A stretch of DNA of 64,000 nucleotides from a virus, in the IMG/VR virus record IMGVR_UViG_3300046454_000807, positions 1 to 64,000 of that record. One strand, written 5' to 3'. Both the position numbers and the translations under genes were made by a program. Shown piece by piece: positions 47,710 through 57,234 of the stretch. Under the pieces are notes generated by a model that saw only the letters and a list, made by a program, of their open reading frames with translations, made no database searches and was not told where the DNA came from. Numbering within the stretch: the stretch's first letter is position 1; every line of letters begins with the position of its first letter.

Positions 47710-48308
47710 TCTTTCTCATCGCCAGGCAGGTACAGGCCCGCCGGGTTGCGGTCGGTCAGCATCCCGATGATGTCGATCGGCACCAGCGGCCCGATCGTGT
47801 CGTTGATCGCGGGCATGATCTCCGCCGCTGGCCAGCCCTCTACAGGCGCGTTGGCGAGTCGCGCCCAACCCTGCCGGTCGAGCGGCCCGAGCAGCTCCAG
47901 GAAGCGCAGGGCTTGTTCTGAGAAGGGCTCTCGCGGCTCCAGCTTCATGATCTCCTCGCCGCCGCTGACGGGCCTTCCCCACTCCCAGATCGAGCCGGCG
48001 CCGTGGGGCACATGCGACGACTTTCCCATCCGGCGCCCGACCCAGATGCCCTGCACGGCGTCGTCGTAGCTCCAGAGCGTCGGGTCCACGATCGTCAGCT
48101 TGGGGTCGTAGCAGTCATCGCCGAGCACCACCCACGAGTGCTGGCCGGTGACGCCCTCCGTGAAACCTCGTGCGACTCGTGCGACCGGGAAGATTTCGGC
48201 GTTGACGATCGCGATGCTGGCGCCGTGGCAGCGCCGCGCCCACTGAGACAGTGGCTCCAGCTCGTCCATGACGGCGGCGCGCTGGGCGGAGCTGAGTTCG
48301 GGCTTCAT
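47706..48308 (-). CDS. Hypothetical protein (possible transglutaminase/papain-like C..H..D)
   Basis: RCHGAS...QHSWV...IVDPT. Confidence 0.6.
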   Translation of the reverse strand: MKPELSSAQRAAVMDELEPLSQWARRCHGASIAIVNAEIFPVARVARGFTEGVTGQHSWVVLGDDCYDPKLTIVDPTLWSYDDAVQGIWVGRRMGKSSHVPHGAGSIWEWGRPVSGGEEIMKLEPREPFSEQALRFLELLGPLDRQGWARLANAPVEGWPAAEIMPAINDTIGPLVPIDIIGMLTDRNPAGLYLPGDEKD

Positions 48309-48529
48309 AGCAGTGTCTCCTGGTCGTGGAGGAGGTCATAGCGCTGACGCAGGCCGGCCGGGGTGATCCAGTCCTTACGGGCGCGCTGGTCGTCGGGGTA
48401 AAAGCGTTGAATGCGAACCATTCCTTCTCGGTTGATCGAGACGATGTTGATCTGGCCGGTGCTCTTAAGGCGATTGGCGTGCTTCGAGAGCCACACCTGC
48501 CCCTCTCGGATTTCGGGGATCACGTTCAT
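48305..48529 (-). CDS. Hypothetical protein
   Basis: IREGQVW motif; ATGA overlap downstream. Confidence 0.6.
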   Translation of the reverse strand: MNVIPEIREGQVWLSKHANRLKSTGQINIVSINREGMVRIQRFYPDDQRARKDWITPAGLRQRYDLLHDQETLL

Positions 48530-48554
48530 AAGTAGTACCGCCCCAGGGGGACGT

Positions 48555-48818
48555 TCATCCGCTGTTGACGCGCCGACGATTGGCGGCACGTAGATCACTG
48601 TCGTCCTCGAAGGGGTCCTCGGGCAGATCAAACAGCGACAGTTCCTCTCGCTTGCGAACCCAGAACTCGCGGAACTGTCGCTTCGCCTCGGTGATTTCCA
48701 GCTCGTCGAAGCCGCGTTGGGAAGCGCTGTTGATCGACAGCCGGGCGTAGCGCATCGCCGTTACCGCACTGTTCCGGTCGAGCACAGGGAATAAGCCGGA
48801 TTTGATCGGTTCGCTCAT
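48555..48818 (-). CDS. Hypothetical protein
   Basis: ATGA overlap with the recombinase stop. Confidence 0.6.
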   Translation of the reverse strand: MSEPIKSGLFPVLDRNSAVTAMRYARLSINSASQRGFDELEITEAKRQFREFWVRKREELSLFDLPEDPFEDDSDLRAANRRRVNSG

Positions 48819-49798
48819 CCGATGTCCTCCCCGAACTCCTCCTCATGGCGCTCCACCTGCTTCTGCACGTCGCGCCGCACCAGCTCAACGTAGCCCATCG
48901 TCTCCTGGATGTTCGCGTGCCCGAGCAGCTTCGAGAGGACCTCGATGTCCATGCCGGCGCGGAGCCACGTCGTCGCGCACGTGTGACGCAGGCGGTGCCA
49001 CTGCCAGTCGCCTACGTCGAGCAGGTAGACCTCGAAGCGGGGGAAGCGCATCGGCTTCAGCAGCGCGCCCCCACTGGTAGTGAGCGCGAGCCACGGTCGA
49101 TCGTGACCAGGGCTCAGTTCGGTGCGGAACTCAATCCACGCCTTCACGGCCTCGCGGGCGCGCTTGGTGTAGGGCACTTCGCGGAACTTGCCACCCTTAC
49201 CTTCGCGCACGACGATGTAGGCGTTGTCGTAGTGCATATCCTCCAGGTCGAGGTCGAAAATCTCTTGGCGCCGCAGCCCACATTCGACTGCGATCCTCGT
49301 CATCGCGGTGATCTGAAGGTGGTTCGCGTGTGCTTCGATCCGGGTGAATCGAGACGTGCCGCGGAAGTAGCGTTTGCGCCACTTTCCACCCGAATCGAGT
49401 GGAAAATGCTTGGCGATCGCCGGCCAGAGCCTCTTGATTTCCTTTGGTTTGTAGGGACGTGGGAGGCGCCGCGGCGTCGCGGGGAAGTCGGCTCGCCGAA
49501 TCGCCATCAGGTCCTCGCCGGTGTAGAGCCCGGCATCGAATGCCCAGCCGAAGAACGCGCGGACCTGCATCCCCTTCTTCTTGACGGTGCTACCCGACAA
49601 GCCGTCGGTCAGATGAAGAAGCCATGCTCGGTATTGCTCGGGCGTGCATTCGATCGCATCATCGACGCCGGCGTGTGCTGCCAGCTCCTCCACTGCCTGC
49701 CGCTGTTCACGACCGCGGCGCTCGGTGATGCCTCGGTAGTTCTGGTACTCAACCCAGAAGCGGCCGAGCGTCGTCGGGCTTTCCTCCACTACCGTCAT
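48815..49798 (-). CDS. Tyrosine recombinase (XerC/D or integrase family)
   Basis: CGLRRQE, GKGGK.R, HRLRH, LLGH, MGY catalytic residues. Confidence 0.93.
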   Translation of the reverse strand: MTVVEESPTTLGRFWVEYQNYRGITERRGREQRQAVEELAAHAGVDDAIECTPEQYRAWLLHLTDGLSGSTVKKKGMQVRAFFGWAFDAGLYTGEDLMAIRRADFPATPRRLPRPYKPKEIKRLWPAIAKHFPLDSGGKWRKRYFRGTSRFTRIEAHANHLQITAMTRIAVECGLRRQEIFDLDLEDMHYDNAYIVVREGKGGKFREVPYTKRAREAVKAWIEFRTELSPGHDRPWLALTTSGGALLKPMRFPRFEVYLLDVGDWQWHRLRHTCATTWLRAGMDIEVLSKLLGHANIQETMGYVELVRRDVQKQVERHEEEFGEDIG

Positions 49799-49980
49799 AG
49801 CTTTTCGATCTCCCACTCATAAACCGTGGTGCATTCATAGTCATCCATGAACACGAGGTAGATCGGGCCGTCCACCGGATCGTCGATTGCGACCTCGACC
49901 TGGCCCGTCTTACAGGGCCAGCCGTTGACAGGGTAGGCGTCCTCTCGAACAACGAAGTCATCTCCAGCCTTGAGCTTCAT
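49795..49980 (-). CDS. Hypothetical protein
   Basis: ATGA overlaps on both sides. Confidence 0.65.
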   Translation of the reverse strand: MKLKAGDDFVVREDAYPVNGWPCKTGQVEVAIDDPVDGPIYLVFMDDYECTTVYEWEIEKL

Positions 49981-50309
49981 AGGTGGACTTCTTCCAACTC
50001 GGAGTAGGACGCGATCAGCTCGGGCCAGTCCTCACCCGGTTCCATTGACTCTCGCGGGATCGAGCCCTGGGCCAGATGGATGCGGACGCCGAGATGGTAG
50101 TACCCAACACTGGCGAGCCAGCCAGCGCAGGGCATCGTCTCGTCCTCGGTGCTCTTGTGGCAGGCGAACATCGGGGCTCCAAGTGGAGCCTCGGCACCGG
50201 GCGTGCCGGTCGTATTGCGAAGTGAGATGTAGCGCTCGGGCGGGAACTGACCGGGCGGCGTGTCGCGTCGCCACGGGCACTCCTCACAGGGTCGCTTGCG
50301 GCAGTTCAC
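49977..50309 (-). CDS. DUF6283-like Cys-rich protein
   Basis: PCEECPWRRD...FACHKS...CAGWL. Confidence 0.75.
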   Translation of the reverse strand: MNCRKRPCEECPWRRDTPPGQFPPERYISLRNTTGTPGAEAPLGAPMFACHKSTEDETMPCAGWLASVGYYHLGVRIHLAQGSIPRESMEPGEDWPELIASYSELEEVHL

Positions 50310-50704
50310 TCGTCATCCTGCGCTCTCACCCATTCGGCCACCTTCTCCTCGGAGAGCGTCCAGCCAGCAGAGGGGAGACCAGCGATGACCTGGAACTTGA
50401 AGTCCTGGTAGCCGACGGGCAGCTTAAAGCCGTCGCCGCCACACTCCCAACAGGAAGTCATGTGACCGGGTTCGTCTTCGAGTTGGCCGCTGCGTTCGCA
50501 TTCAGGGCAGTCGGCCTCCTGGCCAAAGAAGTCGATCAGTAGGGAGCGTGCGAGGTCCGAAGGCCCGGACCCACCATAGCCCCAGTTGAAGCCATCCGGT
50601 GAGTGACGCACATGATGGGGTAGCGGTCGAGTGGCGCCGTCCTCTTCGACGAGAACCGTAGGACCGCCGAGACCGGAGCGGCCGATATAGGTCTTCACGA
50701 CCAT
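50306..50704 (-). CDS. DUF6166-like protein with a CxxC insertion
   Basis: HSPDGFNWGYGGSGPSDLA...YQDFKF. Confidence 0.75.
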   Translation of the reverse strand: MVVKTYIGRSGLGGPTVLVEEDGATRPLPHHVRHSPDGFNWGYGGSGPSDLARSLLIDFFGQEADCPECERSGQLEDEPGHMTSCWECGGDGFKLPVGYQDFKFQVIAGLPSAGWTLSEEKVAEWVRAQDDE

Positions 50705-50898
50705 GCCTGACCGTGGAAGGTTTCGCGACAGAGCACACGGCCCTCGTCGTCCACGCTGTAGACGATCAGGTTCCGATGCTCCGGTCCACTGGAAAGCTCG
50801 AAGTCGAAGTTCCCGGCCTCCTCATCCTTGGGAACTTCCTCGTCGATCCAGTCGGCGAGTCGCTGAGCCTCATCGGGGTCTAGGCGTGCGAGTTTCAT
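50695..50898 (-). CDS. Hypothetical protein
   Basis: Overlapping operon gene. Confidence 0.6.
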   Translation of the reverse strand: MKLARLDPDEAQRLADWIDEEVPKDEEAGNFDFELSSGPEHRNLIVYSVDDEGRVLCRETFHGQAWS

Positions 50899-51158
50899 AG
50901 GTGAGTGTTTTCCTGGCCGAACCGGCGCAGCGCATCCCTGACATCGGACTCGTCGGGAATCCCGACCTCCAGCTCCTCCGACTCCACGTCGTAGACTCGG
51001 CCGACTCGCTCTCGCATCGCTGTCTCGGCCGCGAGGAATATGTCATCGTCGTTGCCGGTCATGGCTCCGGCGAAAGCCTCGGCCTGCTCGGCGCGAATCT
51101 CGACCTCCACGTTGAAGATGATGCTGCCGCGCCTGGTCTTGGAGATGAACTGTCCCAT
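50895..51158 (-). CDS. Hypothetical protein
   Basis: Overlapping operon gene. Confidence 0.6.
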   Translation of the reverse strand: MGQFISKTRRGSIIFNVEVEIRAEQAEAFAGAMTGNDDDIFLAAETAMRERVGRVYDVESEELEVGIPDESDVRDALRRFGQENTHL

Positions 51159-51163
51159 ATGTG

Positions 51164-51379
51164 TTACACCGTGGGAGGGGGACACCCGGCGAGTTTGGCT
51201 GCCTTACTACACCGCTCGCAGGTCTGGAAGATGCAGCGGCTCGGGGGGTAGGACACGGCGCGACCTCTGAGCCCGCATAGCGTCGGCGAGATCATTCCCG
51301 CAGGTGTCTTGTAGTCGCCCAGGTCAGCGCGTAGATGGGCTCGGCGCCCGGTCTCGGTCACTATGAGCTGTCGAATCAT
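51164..51379 (-). CDS. Hypothetical protein (H/C zinc ligands)
   Basis: AH...LCG...CERC; ATGA overlap with the RuvB-like gene. Confidence 0.55.
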   Translation of the reverse strand: MIRQLIVTETGRRAHLRADLGDYKTPAGMISPTLCGLRGRAVSYPPSRCIFQTCERCSKAAKLAGCPPPTV

Positions 51380-52527
51380 GCGCTCACCAACTCCTTTGCT
51401 CGCTCGATCCCGGCGTCGGTGAGAATCCGACCCTGGCCGATCTGGATGTAGCCCTGCTCGATCAAGTAGGGCTCGACGCGAAGTGAGATCGCCTTGCTGT
51501 CACGGCTCTTGCCGATGGCGGTGGCGATGGTGTTGACCGAAGCTCGATAAACAGTGCCTTTGCTCGTCTCGTGGGCGCCGCGCTGGTAGAGGAAGGTGAG
51601 CATCCGCTGCATATCGCGGGTCAAGCCATCCTCAGTGACGCCGTTGAGGTCGAATAGCACTTCCCGCGCGACCTCGCCGTCTATAACGTCATCGGCGAGC
51701 ATCGCTGCGTTCTTGACGTAGTTGTTCACCGTCCTCGGGACGCCGCGAGAGGCGGCCGCGAATAGCTCGGCTGCGGTCGGCACGACGACGACGCCCAGTC
51801 GCTCTCCGTTCCACTTCGCCATCTGTTCGAGCGCAGCCTTCGAGTAGGGCTCAAGCCGCGGTCGGATCGGGAAGCGTGCGAGGAACGGGTCGGGCAGCAT
51901 CCCCTCATCCGTGGTGGTGCCGACGATGGTGATCTCGGGGAAGTCGAGCAGGCCGGCGCCGGCAGGCATCACCCGGTCCTCCATGATCGCGTAGAGAACC
52001 TCGGGCTGGGTAGCTGCTGACTTGCCGCGTCGCTCCATAATCGCCTGCTGGTGAATCTCCTCGATGCGAAGGATGTCTCGATCCCGCATCGTCAGTCGGA
52101 GTTCTAGCAGGGTGTCGCGCGAGACAGGCGCCTCGACCTCAAACACGTCGGCGTCGAGTTCGTGCGCGATGACGTGGCTGAACGTGCTCTTGCCGGTGCC
52201 GGCGCCGCCAACGAGCAGGATGTGATCGAGCGGCACGTCGCGCCGCTTGCAGCTCGCCACGACGCGCTCCATCATCGCCACGGCGTGCTCCTGGCCGATG
52301 ACCTCGGCGAAGGTCTCCGGGCGCAGCGCGTTCTTCGAGCGGTCGCCGGTGGACACCGGACGGGGTGGCGCCTCGCTCAGATCGCCGGCCGGTCGCTCGG
52401 TCGCTTTGAGGTCGGCGAGCGCGCGCAGCATCGCCGATCGGTTCTGCGAGATCGGCGCCGCTTCCACATGTGGTTCGGTTCTCACTGGTAGCGCGCCCGA
52501 AATAGTCGAGGGTGGTTCATCGTCCAC
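51376..52527 (-). CDS. ruvB: RuvB-like Holliday junction branch-migration AAA+ ATPase (start uncertain)
   Basis: LRPETFAEVIGQ, LDHILL.GGAGTGKST, IEEIH, SRGVPR, DGLT, VEPYLIEQGYI. Confidence 0.85.
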   Translation of the reverse strand: MDDEPPSTISGALPVRTEPHVEAAPISQNRSAMLRALADLKATERPAGDLSEAPPRPVSTGDRSKNALRPETFAEVIGQEHAVAMMERVVASCKRRDVPLDHILLVGGAGTGKSTFSHVIAHELDADVFEVEAPVSRDTLLELRLTMRDRDILRIEEIHQQAIMERRGKSAATQPEVLYAIMEDRVMPAGAGLLDFPEITIVGTTTDEGMLPDPFLARFPIRPRLEPYSKAALEQMAKWNGERLGVVVVPTAAELFAAASRGVPRTVNNYVKNAAMLADDVIDGEVAREVLFDLNGVTEDGLTRDMQRMLTFLYQRGAHETSKGTVYRASVNTIATAIGKSRDSKAISLRVEPYLIEQGYIQIGQGRILTDAGIERAKELVSA

Positions 52528-52931
52528 AGCATCGCCGCGTCGCATTCGCTCGGGATGAACGTCACCGCGGGGTACATGATGTTGTGAGGATCGGAACTGT
52601 GACCGTAACCCTCCAAGTGTCCGACCTCGTGACGCATGGCGGCACAGGCGCGCTCGAACATGTTCGGCGTCGAGAGTTCGGCAACGATGTAAACGTGGCA
52701 AGACAGCACTTCACCCGGCGCCGGGATAGTGGCTTCGCCGATCCATTCGCCGCCGTTGAGTTCGGTGTCGCCGACGATCCGCTTCTCGATGGACGAGCAG
52801 CCGGGCGGCGTCGTGCCCCAGTGCCGAAGCGCGAGTGCGTAGGCGTAGTTAAGCGAAGGTGTGAATGGCGCCGCGTGGGCTACCGGCGCCGCGAGCAGCA
52901 TTACCACTGCGATCAATCCGAGACGCTTCAC
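52482..52931 (-). CDS. Secreted matrixin-like metzincin peptidase
   Basis: Signal peptide (MKRLGLIAVVMLLAAPVAHA); HEVGHLEGYGH and NIMYP Met-turn. Confidence 0.85.
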   Translation of the reverse strand: MKRLGLIAVVMLLAAPVAHAAPFTPSLNYAYALALRHWGTTPPGCSSIEKRIVGDTELNGGEWIGEATIPAPGEVLSCHVYIVAELSTPNMFERACAAMRHEVGHLEGYGHSSDPHNIMYPAVTFIPSECDAAMLWTMNHPRLFRARYQ

Positions 52932-53344
52932 TCGATCCCCAGCTCAAGCTCGACGTACCAAGGGCTCAGCTCCTCGCGGTCGCCCATGCCGTGCTTCTCC
53001 TTGCGCCAGCGCTTCGCCTCGGCGGTGTTGCGCAGGAAGTCAGTGACTCCGTTGTACTCGCCGATGATCGCGCGAGGGTCGATCTTGAACATCCCCGCGA
53101 TCCAGTCACCCCACTCGACCCACGTTGCGGCCCGGTCGTAGTTGCCAGCGCCGCCATACTGGCCGCTGTTGCGGGCGAAGCTACGTTTGTTGCCGTGCTT
53201 GTCGCTGCCGTGCTCGGCCGATAGACCGACCTCGAATGCGTGGTCTCGCTTTCGCGAGCCATGAGCCGTCACTTCGGCAAGCGTGCCGTTCGGCGCCAGC
53301 TTGCGCAGGTCGGCGGCGGTAAGTTTGTCGGTATGGATTCGCAT
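52928..53344 (-). CDS. Hypothetical protein
   Basis: AGGAGG SD; GSRKRDHAFEV and AATWVEWG motifs. Confidence 0.75.
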   Translation of the reverse strand: MRIHTDKLTAADLRKLAPNGTLAEVTAHGSRKRDHAFEVGLSAEHGSDKHGNKRSFARNSGQYGGAGNYDRAATWVEWGDWIAGMFKIDPRAIIGEYNGVTDFLRNTAEAKRWRKEKHGMGDREELSPWYVELELGIE

Positions 53345-53360
53345 AGAGCCTCCTAAGTGA

Positions 53361-53582
53361 CTATTCGTGTGCCTCTAGGTATTCGCTTAGTTCATCTAGT
53401 GACTGACTATCGTCATAACTCATTGCGTAAGTAGATGCTTCCCTCGCGAGCTTGCCGACGCTCTCCTGAATTGTTCCTGTGATACCAAACAGAACCACAT
53501 CGTCCCAGTCCGGGTCATTAGGCCACTTAAGCCTCTTGGGGACCTCAACCGCGATCTCTCGTGCTGCGCTTTCGGTAAGCAT
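53361..53582 (-). CDS. Hypothetical protein (AT-richer)
   Basis: TGATG overlap. Confidence 0.6.
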   Translation of the reverse strand: MLTESAAREIAVEVPKRLKWPNDPDWDDVVLFGITGTIQESVGKLAREASTYAMSYDDSQSLDELSEYLEAHE

Positions 53583-54355
53583 CAGACGCCCTCGTAGGGC
53601 CGGTCGATAGGCTCGATGACGCTGCCGGCACAAGCGCCGAAGATCGCACCCATGACGTTTATGGGTTCGCGCGCCCACTCCGCTTTGTCCCAGTAGCCGA
53701 TCTCGCCGCCGTCGGGTGCGACGACTCGAATATAGTCGCCGCCGAAGGTCGGGCAGCCAACTGGGCCGGCGTTCGTGCGAAGCGTAATGCCGGTGTGAAA
53801 GGTCAAGACTGCCTCCTCGCCGTACTCGTCATCCTCGATAATTCTGGCGCCGTGGGAAAGATCGCGCGTCTGTTCATTTGCTGCGCTAAGGATGGACTGG
53901 CAAAGCTCGGCGCGGAAGCGGTCGATCTCGCCGACAACCTCGAACGCGAAGCCGAGAAAGCGGTCTCGCAGCTCCGCATCTTCTTCGTCGGGCTCGATCA
54001 GTCCACTGACGGAAAGACGCTGCGTTCCGTCTACGGCCAGCCAACCCCCGCTGCGACCTGCCTGGTAGACGTGGAAACCGTGTGGCGCGGATGCCAGCGT
54101 TGCCCATCGCCAGTAAGAATCACGCGCGACCTCGTAAAGCTCGCCCACGCGCGTCTCTCCGATCTTGTCGGCGGCCGCGTTTACGTCGGTTGGCCAGTTG
54201 TGACGAATGGTGCCATCCTTCACGTCCACGGACAGCATTCCGTCCCTTTCGTTCACCCGCACCGAACCGCCGTTGCCGTGACGAGTGATGATGAGATCGC
54301 GGCCGAGAAAGTAGCTGTTCGTGTTCGTGCTGAAAATGTAGCTTTGCATGGTCAT
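53582..54355 (-). CDS. Hypothetical protein
   Basis: YQAGRSGGWL motif common in phage early proteins. Confidence 0.7.
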   Translation of the reverse strand: MTMQSYIFSTNTNSYFLGRDLIITRHGNGGSVRVNERDGMLSVDVKDGTIRHNWPTDVNAAADKIGETRVGELYEVARDSYWRWATLASAPHGFHVYQAGRSGGWLAVDGTQRLSVSGLIEPDEEDAELRDRFLGFAFEVVGEIDRFRAELCQSILSAANEQTRDLSHGARIIEDDEYGEEAVLTFHTGITLRTNAGPVGCPTFGGDYIRVVAPDGGEIGYWDKAEWAREPINVMGAIFGACAGSVIEPIDRPYEGV

Positions 54356-54585
54356 CACTGCATTCCTGCTGCCATTTGAAGGCTCTCGGCGTGAGCTGCA
54401 AGGGTTTCGTCGTCGCGGCCTTCGGATGCGCGTGGCCATTCGATGACTGCGGTCGTAACGCGCGAGAAGAATGCGCCGGGACCGTACTCCTGGTCTAGCG
54501 TCGCGCCGAGTTGGAGCGCCTTGGTGTGGGCCTCCTCCTCACTGCCGGCATCGACAAGAATCATCGCTGGGATTTCGTAGCGCAT
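54355..54585 (-). CDS. Hypothetical protein, first gene of the leftward operon
   Basis: GGAGG SD; VDAGSEEEA motif. Confidence 0.7.
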   Translation of the reverse strand: MRYEIPAMILVDAGSEEEAHTKALQLGATLDQEYGPGAFFSRVTTAVIEWPRASEGRDDETLAAHAESLQMAAGMQ

Positions 54586-54883
54586 TGGGGCAATCCTCCG
54601 ATCCTGTTCGGCTCTATCAAGCCAAGTGTTGCATGTTCCGATAGAAGTGACTAAGGCTCCGGCTCCGAGACGGCGAGACCGCAACCCCGGCGCGCGTGGT
54701 CCTGCCGACGAGAAATCCTCTCGCCGTCGCAGACAACGCGGCCGGGGGAGATGTTGCGGCTCGCATCGAACACGGATAGGAGTTAGGAACGCGGAGCGGA
54801 AATGCCTGTATGTCGTGCGCCGCGTCCATTTGTGGATTCGCAGGGTGAACCGTGGGGGGGGGACGGGAAGTGTCGAGCAATAC

Positions 54884-54933
54884 TCATACATATGTCCAAA
54901 TCGCTTGACACTTCCCAAACAATAGACGATCAT
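54884..54933 (+). promoter_or_regulatory. Early promoter 1: TCATACATATGTCC-N7-TTGACA-N17-GATCAT
   Basis: Same architecture as 57235-57284. Confidence 0.7.
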
Positions 54934-54973
54934 GCTGGAAGCAGTGACAGTGAAACACGGAAAGGGACACGAA

Positions 54974-55663
54974 ATGCCAGCACTACGTAAGTCAGCCGTC
55001 AAGGATGATGCCGCGCAGGCAGCGCAGGATGCGGCGAGTCACGGCTACAACGGCCGCGATGGCGCCGGCGCGAACCTCCTAAGAGAGTGTGCGCGTGCTG
55101 TGAGGATCGGGGCGCGCAACGTCGAGCGCACCTACAGTGTGCCGATGCTCGGAGCTGACGAGCGAGCCGAATACGCTTCCGAACTGGCGGCATGGCTGAT
55201 CGGCCAGAATGGCGGCACGGTGCCCGGCGCCGACGATCTGACCACCAGCTACATAGTGCGGCGCGCGGTCGGGCTCATCCTCAACGATCGGCAGCGGCGC
55301 GGCTTCGACCTTACCCAGCCGGCAGAGCACGAGACGGGCGCAGACGCTCGACTCGATGGCCTGCTGAGCGTGCCGGCGGAGATCGCCGCCGCCGCGTCGG
55401 CGCTCGCTGCGACTGAGACGGGCCGGCGCGCATTCATCGCTGCGCTCGTGCCGGCTTCGCGTGAGGAATGGGCAGACTTCTACGGCTACGCGAGTCCGAG
55501 TGTGTGGCACCGAACCGCAAAGCGTGGACGTGCGGAGCTGCGCAGCATCGGAGAGGACGCACTGTGCCAAGCGTTGCGACGTGCGGAGACAGATGCGACG
55601 GATCATCTCGATATGGAAGCGTCTCGCGTGCGCGAGATCGTGGACGGAATGGAGGAATCATGA
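54974..55663 (+). CDS. Divergent sigma-factor-like / HTH regulator
   Basis: SYIVRRAVGLILNDRQRR (region 2-like); EEWADFYGYASPSVWHRTAKRGRAELR (region 4-like). Confidence 0.5.
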   Translation: MPALRKSAVKDDAAQAAQDAASHGYNGRDGAGANLLRECARAVRIGARNVERTYSVPMLGADERAEYASELAAWLIGQNGGTVPGADDLTTSYIVRRAVGLILNDRQRRGFDLTQPAEHETGADARLDGLLSVPAEIAAAASALAATETGRRAFIAALVPASREEWADFYGYASPSVWHRTAKRGRAELRSIGEDALCQALRRAETDATDHLDMEASRVREIVDGMEES

Positions 55664-56289
55664 CCGATGCACGTTGGGTCTTTTACGAGTCGATAGACGA
55701 GATGGTCGAGGACGGCGCAACTAGCCACGGAATGCCGTATGTCGTGGTGGACCACGAGAAGGATGCACGAGCTGCATTCTGGATACGCGGCGACGCGCAG
55801 CGCTACTGCCGGGATCGCACTGCTGAGATCGGCAGTCGCGGCGAGTTGGCAGATGCACGCGAGACCGAGCCCGCCGAGTACGTCGGCGAGGCTGCGCGCG
55901 GCGATGTCGCCGACCTTCGCGACCTAATCGGTTGCATCGAAGCCGAGTCGCAATACGACCTAGAGTCACTATCGCAGCTCGGAGTCGAGACCGACCCAGC
56001 CGACGACCCAGAGACGGCGCGCGAGGAAGCTGAGGAACGGCTGTATGAGCTGCCGCTGTGCGTGGATCGGACGGTCTGCTTTGAAATCGTGCTCGGCACT
56101 GGCGGCCCGGATCGGCGCCTAGTAATCGAATGCGACGCCGATAGCGACGCGGGCCGGTCCAGTTACGAAATTCGCCGCGTCCTCTACCGCTATTCGTGGT
56201 CGGGCTCGGCAGAGATCGCACTAAGCGGCGATGATCGCAAGGTCGCGGAAGACTTCGCGCGCCGCGTGGTCTCGGAGCTGGCAGAGTAA
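55660..56289 (+). CDS. Acidic hypothetical early protein
   Basis: GGAGG SD; IVLGTGGP motif. Confidence 0.75.
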   Translation: MTDARWVFYESIDEMVEDGATSHGMPYVVVDHEKDARAAFWIRGDAQRYCRDRTAEIGSRGELADARETEPAEYVGEAARGDVADLRDLIGCIEAESQYDLESLSQLGVETDPADDPETAREEAEERLYELPLCVDRTVCFEIVLGTGGPDRRLVIECDADSDAGRSSYEIRRVLYRYSWSGSAEIALSGDDRKVAEDFARRVVSELAE

Positions 56290-56317
56290 CTGCAACACGG
56301 ATTGGAGACACGAGACA

Positions 56318-57070
56318 ATGAATATCGACACTTACATACAGGAAGCCGCAGAACGCGGCAAAGATGCGGCTATCGCGGCAGCATCATGGGTCACGGATGG
56401 CAACAGCGACACTGCCGAGCGGCGCCGCGTGTTGGAGATGATGCGCGTTGGCGACGATGTGGCGGGGTACCTGCCGCGCCAGCCCGATCTAAGCGGCGAA
56501 TGGGCAGACGCGCCGACGCCTACTAGCCTCGGGTGTGAACTAGTCGAGAATTGGGACGATCTCCCAGACGAGGAAGCAGGAGAGATCGCCGATGCGCTAG
56601 CGAACGCATTTGAGGATGCGGTCTCGGAGACGTTTGAATCCGCGTGTGAACGTCAGCTCCTAGATGCGACCGTTGACGTGGACCGGCAGCATTTCCTGCG
56701 CGGCTATATCGAGTGTGCCCTGTGGTCGAGCGTTGACGATGGCGCGCCGCTAGACCAGGACCACGATGCAACGGACATCGCGGCTGACGCTCGCGAGAAG
56801 ATGGCTGCTGACTGCCGCTCATTCGTCGATGGCCAGTACGCCGAGATCGAACAGCTCGAAGCGTTGACCGGCCGTGACTCGGCGGCGATGGGTTACGACC
56901 TATGGCTAACGCGCAACGGCCACGGCGCCGGCTATTGGGATCGGTACATGGAGGCTGACGAGGACGACCGCCACGAGGCGGAGCTAGTCGGCCGCCGGCT
57001 GAGCGAGACGGCGCGCGAGATGGGCGAATCAGCGCTATATGTCGGCGACGATGGCAGCCTCTACGTATAA
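56318..57070 (+). CDS. Acidic hypothetical early protein
   Basis: YIECALWSS...GYDLWLTRNGHGAGYWDR motif seen in phage early regions. Confidence 0.75.
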   Translation: MNIDTYIQEAAERGKDAAIAAASWVTDGNSDTAERRRVLEMMRVGDDVAGYLPRQPDLSGEWADAPTPTSLGCELVENWDDLPDEEAGEIADALANAFEDAVSETFESACERQLLDATVDVDRQHFLRGYIECALWSSVDDGAPLDQDHDATDIAADAREKMAADCRSFVDGQYAEIEQLEALTGRDSAAMGYDLWLTRNGHGAGYWDRYMEADEDDRHEAELVGRRLSETAREMGESALYVGDDGSLYV

Positions 57071-57234
57071 GCGTCCACCAGGCTAAAGCTCGGAGCTGTC
57101 GCGCCGATAGATGGGCATGAGAGCCCACCCATACAGAGGCCCGGACCCTCGCAGTGCGGCCGCTGTCGCTGGCCTACGTCGCCGGCTCCAACGCGCCGGC
57201 AGAATCCCTACCAGCGTGACGTATCACAGTCCAT

